NCBI GenBank assembly: GCA_965277285.1
Contig: OZ255721.1
Location: 576,001-640,000, forward strand
From: Abditibacteriaceae bacterium
Lineage (GTDB): Bacteria; Armatimonadota; Abditibacteriia; Abditibacteriales; Abditibacteriaceae
Direction: 5' to 3'
Length of the DNA stretch: 64,000 bases
Positions 10,451 to 20,800 of this stretch are shown in pieces. Both the position numbers and the translations under genes were made by a program. Each line of letters begins with the position of its first letter. Position 1 is the stretch's first letter. The notes beneath the pieces were generated by a model that was not told the DNA's origin, did not search any database, and saw only the letters and a list, made by a program, of their open reading frames with translations.

Positions 10451-11272
10451 ATGACATATTCGAGTACACGCACGTCAGAACGACACTTTCAGCGTACACG
10501 CGCTGGGTTTACGCTCATCGAACTGCTAGTCGTGATCGCTATCATCGCGATCCTCGCCGCGATTCTCTTTCCGGCTTTCGCCAAAGCGCGCGAAAGTGCT
10601 CGTCGTGCTTCTTGCTCCAGTAACCTGAAGCAGATTGGCTTGGGGCTGATGCAATACACGCAGGAATACGACGAGCATTACATGACCGACTGGGACGGGC
10701 AGCACGGCTACAAGCAAACCTTGCAGCCTTACCTCAAAAGCGCCGATATTTGGAAGTGCCCGTCCAACCCTAACAACCAGACTGTTCAGATGAATGCTGA
10801 TCCGGCGGCGAATCTGCCTGCCATCAACGTCTCCTATGCCGCGAATTCCCGTCTTATCGTGGCTGGATGGGGAGGAACCCCTCCTTCTCTGTCGTTTCTC
10901 AAGGCTCCTGCCAGCAAGATCGTCATATCGGAAAACCTGTCTACCCGCTATCAAATCATGTACGACAATGTGAATGCAGCTACCATAGCCAATGAAGGCT
11001 TTGCGGGACATTTGGGCACTATGAACTGCCTCTTCGCGGATGGACATGTCAAATCCATGAGGCCCGTGGCAACGGCCACTCCCCTCAATATGTGGGGCAC
11101 TATGGCAGACAACGCAGGCGGGCCGACGGACATTCCAGGCGGCGACTGCGACACCACCACTGTCACGACCGGCAGTACCCAGCACACGATGGAAGGGCTG
11201 GGTATCAACTGCGATGCGGTCTCTCCCACCCAAGTCGCAGGCTTAAGCGCGCTTCAAACGAAATACCAATAA
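10451..11272 (+). CDS. DUF1559 prepilin-type N-terminal cleavage/methylation protein
   Basis: [42 protein letters not shown] and C-terminal H-x9-DGH. SD AGGAG before ATG 10451. Confidence 0.92.
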   Translation: MTYSSTRTSERHFQRTRAGFTLIELLVVIAIIAILAAILFPAFAKARESARRASCSSNLKQIGLGLMQYTQEYDEHYMTDWDGQHGYKQTLQPYLKSADIWKCPSNPNNQTVQMNADPAANLPAINVSYAANSRLIVAGWGGTPPSLSFLKAPASKIVISENLSTRYQIMYDNVNAATIANEGFAGHLGTMNCLFADGHVKSMRPVATATPLNMWGTMADNAGGPTDIPGGDCDTTTVTTGSTQHTMEGLGINCDAVSPTQVAGLSALQTKYQ

Positions 11273-11326
11273 ACCTGGAGCGAGCGTTTTTCATAACTGG
11301 CAGCCGTAGCAACTCGAGTTAGCGCG

Positions 11327-11379
11327 ATTTATAAGGGGAGAACATTAAGTACTATACTTAATGTTCTCCCCTTATAAAT
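11327..11379. repeat. Perfect 25-bp-arm hairpin
   Basis: ATTTATAAGGGGAGAACATTAAGTA-cta-TACTTAATGTTCTCCCCTTATAAAT. Confidence 0.85.
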
Positions 11380-11401
11380 TGTGGGACGAAATCTCTTCAT
11401 T

Positions 11402-12478
11402 ATGGCTACCCGAACCAGGAACACACAGCAAAGGCGAGATGCTCAGCAGCAAAGAATCGTGACGCTGGAGGACATCGCCAAATTAGCGGACGTGAGTGCC
11501 ATGACCGTTTCGAGGGTGATAAAAGGCACCGGAGGCGTTTCGTCTGCAACCCGCGAAAAAGTGCTCCATTTCGCCAACGAACTCAATTACACCGCTAACC
11601 TGGCGGCGCGGTCATTGGCGACAGGACGCACGGGCGTCATCGCCATCATCAGCGGCCCGCTAAATCAGCATTATTACGCCAACATCGTGCATTTGTTGGA
11701 ATCTCAGTTGACGGCAAGTGGCTATCAAATGAGGCTTTTGCACACTCAAGGCGAAATGAAAGATTTGATCAGTTCGACCAATGCTTCCGCAGTCGACGGC
11801 GTCATCATTGCCGGTATGTATAATGTGGTCGAAGAGTTCCGTTCCATTGATCCTCAGATTTTTCAGCCCTGTATTTACATCGATACTCTCGAACACACTG
11901 GCGTTGATTATATTTACAGCAATTTAAGCGGCGCGGTCGAGGAATCGCTCGACTTGATGATCGCCGCAGGGTGTCAGCGTATGGCTTATATCGCCAATTT
12001 CAAGAAGGCGGCAGTTCTTCCCAAGGAAGCTCGTAAGAAGACCTACTGCGAGGTAATGGAAAGAGAGGGGCGCACTTCCGAACTCATTACTGCGCTGCCC
12101 ACTCCCGATCTCACCCCGTCGGAGCGAATTCGAGTACTCAAAGAGTATTTTGAGGCTCATGGCTGTCCTGATGGCCTGCTGTGTATCAACGACGAAACCG
12201 CGACTCTCGTCTATCGCGCTTTGATGGATTTGGGTTATCGCGTGCCGGATGACGCGCTTCTGGTGGGCTGTGACGGATTTCCTTACATGGAATGTTTCGA
12301 GCCGCCACTGAGTACGATTTCTCAGCCGATGGAGCAGATTTGTGAATTGGCATGGAAGTTCTTGCAACGCCGCATGGCCAACCCGGATATTCCCTTGCAG
12401 CAGGCGATCTTCAACGCCCAACTGCTGGTGAGAAAGTCGCTGCAAAGCACAATGCTTCGCTCTGCTGCCCAAAGGTAA
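11402..12478 (+). CDS. LacI-family transcriptional regulator
   Basis: HTH VTLEDIAKLADVSAMTVSRVI, hinge NLAARSLA, C-terminal VGCDG and PPLSTISQP. Confidence 0.93.
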   Translation: MATRTRNTQQRRDAQQQRIVTLEDIAKLADVSAMTVSRVIKGTGGVSSATREKVLHFANELNYTANLAARSLATGRTGVIAIISGPLNQHYYANIVHLLESQLTASGYQMRLLHTQGEMKDLISSTNASAVDGVIIAGMYNVVEEFRSIDPQIFQPCIYIDTLEHTGVDYIYSNLSGAVEESLDLMIAAGCQRMAYIANFKKAAVLPKEARKKTYCEVMEREGRTSELITALPTPDLTPSERIRVLKEYFEAHGCPDGLLCINDETATLVYRALMDLGYRVPDDALLVGCDGFPYMECFEPPLSTISQPMEQICELAWKFLQRRMANPDIPLQQAIFNAQLLVRKSLQSTMLRSAAQR

Positions 12479-12603
12479 CTCTTCTTTAGAAAATCTGAAG
12501 CGAGGACGCTTGCGCCTGTGTGCAAATCCCTGAAAAGGTCAATGCACCTTGATTTATAGAGAGTGCAACCCATCAAAGCGAGCGCTGAAGGAAAGCAGAA
12601 CCT

Positions 12604-15570
12604 ATGTTTCACATCCAAGCTCCATTGGTCAAGCCAATTTTGTTTTCGATGGGCCTGCTGCTGGCCGGAAAAGCGATGGCCCAGGATCGGCAAACCGTTC
12701 TCAATCTCGACAGCGCCAACCCAACTATCCAGTGGAAAGTGCAGCCTCAGGAAACAGTTGGCGGTGATCCCGCAGCGCTCTTTGCGCCCAATTACAACGC
12801 GACTTCCTGGATTACGGCCCAAGTACCCGGAACTGTCTTCACTTCTTATGTCAATGCGGGTCTGGAAAAAGACCCGAACTTTGGCGACAACATTTATCAA
12901 GTCGATAAAACGAAATATAACCGCGATTTTTGGTATCGCACCCAGTTTCGAGTACTCGATAATACCAACGGCGGAGCGGGCAAGAGGATATGGCTCAACT
13001 TTCGGGGCATCAACCGCAAAGGCGATATTTATTTCAACGGCGCCAACTTGGGTCGGCTGGACGGTTTCATGGAGCGCGGCCACTTCGACATCACTTCGCT
13101 GATTCGCAAAAGTCAAGATAATGTGCTGGCGGTGCTGGTGCATTGGCCAGGCTTGCCGATTCCAAACCGCGCCAGCCCGACTTATATTTCCAGCGATGGT
13201 TGGGACTGGATGCCTTCTGTTCCCGGGTTGCTGAGCGGCATCACCGACGATGTTTACCTGACTTCTTCAGGGCCGGTGACTCTCGTCGATCCTTGGATGC
13301 GAACCGATCTTCCCAACCTTGACGAAGCCGATGTTTCGCTGCAAACAGATGTCGCCAACCACTCGAATCAGGCACAAACGGGCGTGTTGAACGGAGTTAT
13401 TGAACCGGGCGACATCCGATTTTCGCAGCCCGTGGCGCTGGCTGCCGGTCAAACGAAAACGATTACGCTCGACAAAAATAGCTTCAAGCAACTGGCAATT
13501 CGCCATCCCCGCTTGTGGTGGCCCAACGGTTACGGTGAACCGAATCTGTACCGCTGCGACTTGAGTTTTAGCGTCGGTGGCAACCAAACATCCGACAGCA
13601 AGAGTTTCAAGTTCGGCATCAAGAAGTACAGTTACGATACCAACGGCGACGTGTTTCACCTGCATATCAATGGCAAGCCCATCTTCGTGAAAGGCGGCAA
13701 CTGGGGCATGAGCGAGTACTTGCTGCGGTGCCGCAACGATGAATACGATTTGAAAGTGAAGCTTCACCAAGAAATGAACTTCAACCTGATCCGCAACTGG
13801 ATCGGCTCGACTACCGATGAGGCGTTCTACGAAGCCTGCGACAAATACGGCATCATGGTGTGGGACGACTTCTGGCTCAATTCGCATCCCAACTTGCCCG
13901 AAGACGTGGACACTTTTCGTCAAAACGCGATTGAGAAAATCAAACGCCTGCGCAACCATCCCTCGATTGCTCTTTGGTGTGGCGACAACGAAGGCACGCC
14001 GTTGCCGCCTCTCAATGATTGGTTGCGCGCCGATGTGCAAACCTACGATGGCGGCGACCGCTGGTATCAACCGCGTTCCAATATGGGCGCGATGAGCGGC
14101 AGCGGTCCGTGGACGAACATGGAGCCCGCCTGGTATTTCACGAAGTACCCGCGCAATTACAGCAACTTGCCGAGTTGGGGAATGCGCAGCGAAATCGGCA
14201 CCGCCGTGTTTACCAACTTCGAGAGCTTTAAGAAATTCATGCCACGCGACAAATGGTGGCCGCGCAACGAAATGTGGAATCTGCACTTCTTCGGGCCAAG
14301 CGCTGGCAACGGTGGCCCTGACAGATATGAAGAAACGCTCAACCGTTCGTATGGACAGGCGACGGGCATCGAAGATTTTTGCCGCAAAGCGCAGCTTCTC
14401 AACCTCGAAACCAACAAAGCGATGTTTGAAGGCTGGCAGCACAACATGGGGAACGATGCTTCGGGCATTCTCACCTGGATGAGCCAATCGGCTTATCCCT
14501 CGTTCGTCTGGCAAACCTACGATTATTACTACGACCTGACAGGCGCTTACTGGGGCGCCAAAAAAGCCTGCGAACCCATTCACATCCAGTGGAGCAGCGC
14601 GGACAACTCGGTCAAAATTATCAACACCACCTTAAATGACTTGAAGAATGTCACGGCACAGGCCACTATCTTCGACATGGATGGCAAAGCCGCGCCGGGA
14701 TTTTTCGTTTCAAAAGCCGTGCGTGTCGTACCCAGCAATTCGGCGACATCAGCCTTTGACCTCAACTTCAATCCCGACGATCTGGCTTATCACGCGGCGG
14801 TTGTTTCTTCTTCGGATGAAGACGACAAACCCGCTGCGGCTGCCGTCGATGGCGGAATCGGCTCGCGCTGGAGCAGCCGTTACGATGACAACGAGTGGAT
14901 TTACGTCGATCTGGGGAGGCCCAAAACGTTCAACGAGGTGAATTTGATCTGGGAAAGCGCCTATGGCAAATCCTACAAGATTCAGGTTTCAAACGATAAA
15001 ACCAACTGGCGAGACGTTTACGCAACGGAAAACGGGCAGGGTGGCAGCGAACGAATCGCTTTACCGCCGACCACTGCGCGCTACGTCCGTATGTTGGGAA
15101 TCAAGCGCGTCTCGCAGTGGGGCTACTCGTTGTATGAGTTCGAGGTGTATTCTGGTCACACACAGAAATTATCGGACACGCACTTCATCAAGCTCAGGTT
15201 GCAAGACCAGAATGGACATTTGCTCTCGGACAACTTCTACTGGCGCAGCGCCAAAGGTCAGGACTACACCGCGATTAACGCCATGCCGCGCGTCAATTTA
15301 GAGGTGCGCTCGAAGACGATTGTGAAAAACGGAAAATACATCGTCAACGTCAAAATTACCAATCCTTTATCGTCGCGCGCTGCCGCTTTCGCCATCCGCG
15401 TCGTACCTGTGAAATCGAGTACTGGAGAACAGCTTTTGCCCGCTCTGATGAACGACAACTACTTTTCTTTGATGCGCGGCGAAACCAAAGATGTGAACAT
15501 CGAATTCGACGCCTCATTGCTCGGTAATGACCATCTCAAGTTAAGAGTTGAACCGTATAATAATCGCTGA
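12604..15570 (+). CDS. Secreted GH2 hydrolase (beta-mannosidase / exo-glucosaminidase-like) with F5/8 domain
   Basis: Signal peptide, GWDWMP, LWWPNGYGEPNLY, KGGNWG, RNHPSIALWCGDNE and discoidin VDGGIGSRWSS..WIYVDLG. Confidence 0.88.
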   Translation: MFHIQAPLVKPILFSMGLLLAGKAMAQDRQTVLNLDSANPTIQWKVQPQETVGGDPAALFAPNYNATSWITAQVPGTVFTSYVNAGLEKDPNFGDNIYQVDKTKYNRDFWYRTQFRVLDNTNGGAGKRIWLNFRGINRKGDIYFNGANLGRLDGFMERGHFDITSLIRKSQDNVLAVLVHWPGLPIPNRASPTYISSDGWDWMPSVPGLLSGITDDVYLTSSGPVTLVDPWMRTDLPNLDEADVSLQTDVANHSNQAQTGVLNGVIEPGDIRFSQPVALAAGQTKTITLDKNSFKQLAIRHPRLWWPNGYGEPNLYRCDLSFSVGGNQTSDSKSFKFGIKKYSYDTNGDVFHLHINGKPIFVKGGNWGMSEYLLRCRNDEYDLKVKLHQEMNFNLIRNWIGSTTDEAFYEACDKYGIMVWDDFWLNSHPNLPEDVDTFRQNAIEKIKRLRNHPSIALWCGDNEGTPLPPLNDWLRADVQTYDGGDRWYQPRSNMGAMSGSGPWTNMEPAWYFTKYPRNYSNLPSWGMRSEIGTAVFTNFESFKKFMPRDKWWPRNEMWNLHFFGPSAGNGGPDRYEETLNRSYGQATGIEDFCRKAQLLNLETNKAMFEGWQHNMGNDASGILTWMSQSAYPSFVWQTYDYYYDLTGAYWGAKKACEPIHIQWSSADNSVKIINTTLNDLKNVTAQATIFDMDGKAAPGFFVSKAVRVVPSNSATSAFDLNFNPDDLAYHAAVVSSSDEDDKPAAAAVDGGIGSRWSSRYDDNEWIYVDLGRPKTFNEVNLIWESAYGKSYKIQVSNDKTNWRDVYATENGQGGSERIALPPTTARYVRMLGIKRVSQWGYSLYEFEVYSGHTQKLSDTHFIKLRLQDQNGHLLSDNFYWRSAKGQDYTAINAMPRVNLEVRSKTIVKNGKYIVNVKITNPLSSRAAAFAIRVVPVKSSTGEQLLPALMNDNYFSLMRGETKDVNIEFDASLLGNDHLKLRVEPYNNR

Positions 15571-15775
15571 CTTTAACCAGCTGAATCCACTTCACATGGA
15601 ACTGTGACATTTAAGCTCGATTGGCTGTTCTCCAGCGGTTACTTTCCAATCAACATCTCACCAGAGCGAAGGTTCTGTCGCGTTCTGGCTTCTGAGGCGG
15701 AAATATCATATCACTTAGGAGGCGCGTGCGCTTTGTCAGGCGGCAAAGTTCGGAAATACGTTTTACAATAAAGGC

Positions 15776-16435
15776 ATGAGCAATCTCACACTTTACTTTT
15801 TGCGGCATGGTCAAACTCCTTTCAGCCGCGACAACGCGTTTTGTGGCGCCGGATTAAACCCTGAACTGACCGAAGACGGGCAGGCGATGGCGCAGTGTTT
15901 CGCGGAAAAATATGCGGCGACTTCGTGGCAGGCGGTTTATTGCAGCCCTTTGCAGCGCGCTCTCGCCACCGCGCAACCGTTATGCGAACGCTTGAACCTG
16001 GTTCCACAAACGCGCGACGGCTTGAAAGAAATCGCCTATGGCGCGTGGGAAGGCAAAAACGTCGAAGAAGTGACGCGCGATTATCACGACGATTACTTGC
16101 GCTGGACGGCGGATCCGGCGTGGAATGCACCGACAACGGGCGAAAAAGAAGCTGGCGAAAGCGCGGTCGTGATTGCGCGGCGCGCTCAGCAAGTTGTGGA
16201 AGAAATTCGCGCGGCGCACGCGGCGGGCAACGTTCTGGTCGTCTCGCATAAAGCGACGATTCGCATCATGTTGTGCTCTTTGCTGGGCGTCGATGTCGGG
16301 CGTTTCCGCTTTCGCCTTGATTGCCCGACGGCTTCGCTGAGCATTGTCGAGTTCCAATCGCACGGCCCGATGCTGCGCGCCCTCGCCGACCGACGACATT
16401 TGGATGAACATTTAATTGCGCTGCCTGGAACGTAA
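15776..16435 (+). CDS. Histidine phosphatase family protein
   Basis: RHG motif, SPLQRA, LKEIAYGAWEG, GES and VVSH. Confidence 0.9.
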   Translation: MSNLTLYFLRHGQTPFSRDNAFCGAGLNPELTEDGQAMAQCFAEKYAATSWQAVYCSPLQRALATAQPLCERLNLVPQTRDGLKEIAYGAWEGKNVEEVTRDYHDDYLRWTADPAWNAPTTGEKEAGESAVVIARRAQQVVEEIRAAHAAGNVLVVSHKATIRIMLCSLLGVDVGRFRFRLDCPTASLSIVEFQSHGPMLRALADRRHLDEHLIALPGT

Positions 16436-16483
16436 AACAGGATCATAAAACAGGAATGTAAAACAGGAATGTAAAAACGGCAT
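16432..16483 (+). repeat. 13-bp tandem repeat, about 4 copies
   Basis: GTAAAACAGGATC ATAAAACAGGAAT GTAAAACAGGAAT GTAAAAACGGCAT, starting at the phosphatase stop codon. Confidence 0.75.
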
Positions 16484-16487
16484 AAAA

Positions 16488-16523
16488 AAGCATCGAGTAC
16501 TCGAATTGAGTACTCGATGCTTT
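16488..16523. terminator. Probable bidirectional terminator built from two copies of the palindrome
   Basis: Hairpin AAGCATCGAGTACTCGAATTGAGTACTCGATGCTTT between convergent genes, A-run on the left and T-rich on the right. Confidence 0.65.
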
Positions 16524-16536
16524 CAGTTTGGGTGTA

Positions 16537-16788
16537 CTATTCTTGAATGCGCAATTGCGTCGAATAAACGTCGGTAACGCCGCGTACCAGTTGCACGAGT
16601 TGCTTAATCTTGGCGACTTCTTTTTTTAAGTCGAGTTCGCCGCGGAAATCGCGCGGGCGCTTGACCCATCCCGCCAGTTCGATGGTGCCTTTGCTGCACG
16701 AGACTTGAACGCCCGTTAAATCGAGCGGTGAACGCGCCATCGTATGGCGCACCTGCAACGCCAACTGCTTGTCTTCCATTGATGACAT
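16537..16788 (-). CDS. BON-domain-like small protein
   Basis: D-x-x-L..V(R), VQVSCSKGTIELAGWV and VRGVTDV fit BON. SD GAGGAG. Confidence 0.7.
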   Translation of the reverse strand: MSSMEDKQLALQVRHTMARSPLDLTGVQVSCSKGTIELAGWVKRPRDFRGELDLKKEVAKIKQLVQLVRGVTDVYSTQLRIQE

Positions 16789-17016
16789 AAGGTTTTCTCC
16801 TCGCAATGCCGGATGTTGTTCGCGGCATCATTAGTGGCCGCTCTGTCTTTAACTTTATCGTAATTTTTGTCGCAAAACAGGAATCCTGGGATGAACAAAC
16901 AGGTTTGAAAAGAGCAGATTTCAGCGAAACTTTCATATCGCTTCACCATCGTCTCGCGGTTTTATCGCCAAGTTCCACGTAATCCCCAATTCTTTGTAAC
17001 GCTCAGGCAAAGGGAT

Positions 17017-17463
17017 TTATGACGCGGCAACCGATTTCGCCCTGGTTTTTACAGGCGTTTTTATTCTGGCGCGGGTTCTTGCGGACGCGTTTTTGGGCGC
17101 CGTTGATCGAGGCGCGGGCAGAGCTTTAGGCTGCGCTTTGGCGGGCTTCGGGGCGGAAGTTTTACCAGACGATTTTATACGAATAGTGCCTTCCGCGTCG
17201 CCATTAATGGGCTTGGCCGCGCCTTCCAAAACCTGCGACACGATCTGAACGGGCAGCGGTGCGCCAGGCCGATTCAGCATCTTTAGCAACGGATAAGCGG
17301 CCACGAACAAGGCCAGCGGCGGCGCGATCATTTCGGTGGCAACCGCAACCACCAGACCACCATAAAAACCAACAGTACGCGGCCAGTCGATTTCGACGGG
17401 GCCAATTGTACTCACCAAATTGGCTTCATCTTCCTGGGGGCCGTCCGACTTTTCCTGAGCCAT
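17017..17463 (-). CDS. Hypothetical protein of the P-type ATPase cluster
   Basis: GPVEIDWPRTVGFYGG..EGAAKP with a basic tail. GGGAG SD. Confidence 0.7.
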   Translation of the reverse strand: MAQEKSDGPQEDEANLVSTIGPVEIDWPRTVGFYGGLVVAVATEMIAPPLALFVAAYPLLKMLNRPGAPLPVQIVSQVLEGAAKPINGDAEGTIRIKSSGKTSAPKPAKAQPKALPAPRSTAPKNASARTRARIKTPVKTRAKSVAAS

Positions 17464-17503
17464 AAATCATCTCCCTGCAACAAGTCAAAGATTTGGAAAT
17501 AGT

Positions 17504-17569
17504 TAACGCAAGTTGCTACCATGCCCTGCGAGTTCACTCGCAGGCAATGATAGCTGGCAACTTGCGTTA
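17504..17569. repeat. Nested inverted repeat (MITE/REP-like)
   Basis: Outer arms TAACGCAAGTTGC / GCAACTTGCGTTA around inner CCTGCGAGT-tc-ACTCGCAGG. Confidence 0.55.
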
Positions 17570-17572
17570 GTT

Positions 17573-17657
17573 AAAGAACCCCGAGCGTCAGCGACGGGAA
17601 AAACGTAACCGGTGAATAACTCTTACGTTCACCCGTCGCTGACGCTCAGGGTTCTTT
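17573..17657. repeat. REPIN-like inverted pair, family A
   Basis: AAAGAACCCCGAGCGTCAGCGACGGG ... CCCGTCGCTGACGCTCAGGGTTCTTT. Confidence 0.8.
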
Positions 17658-17833
17658 CCATCGACTCACGCGACTGAGCCATTGCCAAAGATTTTGCCTT
17701 TCTTTCTGCGACTTTCGCGCCCATAATAACTGCAAGTGGGTTTGGCGACAAAGAACAACTTTCGAGTACTCGATATTCGCACATGACGTTACATTGCGTT
17801 CCGTTGTAAGCAAACGCTTATATAAGCGATTTT

Positions 17834-20800
17834 TCAAGCGGGCAAAGCGAGCAGAACGCGTCCCGGCGGTAAGGCCGGAGGAGGAAGCGCCAACGAGGAC
17901 GGAACAGTTGCGGTTGCCGGAGCGGCCAGTTGCGGCAGAGCGTTTGTTTCGACCCCGCTGCCCAAAGTGGGAAGCGTTCGGCTGAGCGCGACGGACGCCA
18001 GTACACCGGCTCCAATGAGCGCCCAACTGACAGGCGTTGGGATGACCAGGGCGAACAAATCGCGCAGTCCGGGCGTGGCCAGAGCGACGCCGAGCAAGCT
18101 CAGGGAACCGACGACAGCGCTCATCACAGGACGCGTGATGCCGCCTTCGGTGCGACCTGCGTCGAGAGTTTGCGCAAGCTGTGTAGCAACAATCGAGATG
18201 AAGGCGACGCTGCGTCCCTGCGCCTGGCCGCCCACTGCGGAACTCAGAATGTAAACCAGTATCGAGGGGATCGCCGTCGAACCGCCGCGCCGCAACACAT
18301 CGCTTCGCAAAGGCGCATCGAAAGCCGCCGTGCCTTCGCGCGACAGCGACGATAAATTGCGACTTTCCGGTCCCTGCAGCGCGACCGCGACCGCAGGCAG
18401 CACATCGGTGATGAGGTTGACCGCCAAAACCTGCGTCGTCGTCAAAGGCGGCGTCAAACCGATCAGGCTGGCACCAACTTGCAAACTCAGTTCGCCCAGG
18501 TTGCCCCCGATGAGCAATCCCAGAGCGCGGCGGATATTGCGCCAGAACGAACGGCCTTCGACCAAGGCTTCGACCAGCGTCGAAAAGTCGTCATCGGACA
18601 GCACCACATCGGCGGCCTGGCGCGCCACTTCGGTTCCGCCTCGTCCCATCGCCACGCCGACATCGGCCAAACGCAGCGCCGGAGCATCATTGACGCCGTC
18701 GCCCGTCATGGCGACCGTGTGGCCTTTGCGCTGCAAGCTTTCCACGATGCGCACTTTGTCGAGAGGCGTCGCCCGCGCCACCACAACCGCTCGTTCCAAA
18801 GCCGCGTCCAATTCGCCATTGACAAGTTCGGCCAGTTCGCTGCCGGTGAGAATGCGCTCTTCTTCCGAAACTTCTGATTGATTGCCATCGTGCCAGTCGA
18901 ACAATCCCGCTTCACGAGCAATGGCGCGCGCCGTGGCCGGATGATCGCCCGTCAGCATGATGACGCGCACGCCCGCCGCATGACAGCGTTGCACCGCCTG
19001 CGGCACGTTTTCGCGCAGTGGGTCGCTGATGCCGACAAAACCCAGCGCCACCAAACCGCGAGGATCACTTACCGCGTCCTTTTGCTGCTCACTGTCGGTG
19101 AAAGAAGTGCTGTCGCCTTGCGCGACCATCAACACGCGCAAGCCTTGTGACGCCAATTCCTGCGAGCGCTGCGACAAAGCTTCGCGTCCCGCGTCGTCCA
19201 GCGGTTCATCGTGCTCCTGGCGGCGAACGCGATCACAGCGTGCTATCAAGGCTTCGGTCGCGCCCTTGACGCAAAGACGCACGCCGTTTTGCGACGCATG
19301 GAAACCGCGTACCGGATCAAACGGCGATTCCGCTTCGCGTTGAATGCGAATCGCTTCGCCCAGACCGGCGCGCAAAGCACCTTGCGTCACGGAAACATCG
19401 GTCGGATGCGCGGCGGCATCCGGCGCGTCGGGGTGCGGCGAAGCCAAGCCTGCACATTCCAAAACCTGCAAAAGATGCGGCGGCAGAACGACATTTTCTT
19501 CGCTGCCAGGCGCGGGCAGCGACGCCTGACTTTGGGCATCAGCGACGACGCTGAGCGCCAACTTGCCCTGCGTAAGGGTGCCGGTTTTGTCGGTGCAAGC
19601 CACATCGACGCGCCCCAGTGACTCGACGGCGGACAATCGGCGCACCACGGCGTTGTGACCCGACAACCGCTTGGCGACGGCGGCTTCGCCCATTTTGGCC
19701 AACAATGGCAAGCCTTCCGGCACGGCGGAAACCGCGACGCTCGCGCCCAGAGCCGCCTGCGAGATAAGCGTTTGACCGCGCAACAAGGCACTGACAGTCA
19801 CCAAAACACCGGCGCCAATCGACCACGGCAGCGATTGGCGCAGCATCGCGTTCAAGCGTTGGTCGAGCGGGCTGGTGCCGTCCTCGCCGACAGCCATCGC
19901 CGCCGCCATCGCGCCCATGCGCGTGTTGCGCCCGACCGCGACGACAACCGCTTGTCCCGCGCCAGTCGTCACATCGGAACCTTCCAGCAGAATGCGGTTG
20001 TTGTCGTCGGCTCCGTCCGGCGTTTTCGTGACGGGCAGCGATTCGCCGGTGAGCGCGGCTTCGTCGACTTCCAAAGATTGAGCTTCGAGTACTCGAGCGT
20101 CGGCGCCTACACGGTCGCCGGACGCCAGCAGCATCACATCGCCGGGGACGACTTCGCGCGACGAAACAATCTTCGGTTCTCCATCGCGCAAGACGCGAAC
20201 TTGCGGGCTGCTCATTTGTTCGAGCGCCTGAGCCGCGCGATTGGCTTGGCCCTGCTGCCACGCGCCAATCGCCGAATTGAACAAAATGGTGCCGCCGATG
20301 AGAGCCGCTTCAATCGTCCCGCCGACAACAAAGGAAAGCGCGCCGCCCAACAGCAGCACACCGTTGAGAGGCGAACGCAACTGGAGCAGCAGGTTTTCGC
20401 GCCATCCGTGCTGCTGCATCGAAACGGGCGGCGGCAAAGTGCGCAGGCGTTCCTGAGCGCGGCCTTCTGTCAAGCCGCGACGCGTCGTATCAAGCGCGTG
20501 CAAGACATCGCGCAACGAGCGACGCGCCCATTTTTCGGGGCGCGGATCGACCACGCGCGCCAGCATCGAATAAGCGCGCTCGCCACCGTTTTCGCGCCAC
20601 CAGGCCGAACCCAACGCCGCCAACGCCGCGACATAAACCGCGCGTGAAGCCCGTGCCAGACCTGTCCCGCCGCGCCAACCCCACAGCAGGCCGACCACGT
20701 TGGCGATCAATGAAAACGCCACACCGTCGCGTGAAGCCAAGTCGCGCCGCGCGCCTGCTTCGATGATCGCGGCTATCGCACCAGCGTCTGGCGCCAGCAC

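Noticed and set aside
2245..15775. Integrative element inserted at tRNA-Ile
   Set aside because: No integrase was found, and no duplicated tRNA 3' end is visible at the far side. The protein-like fragments at 2270-2460 are too degraded to call.
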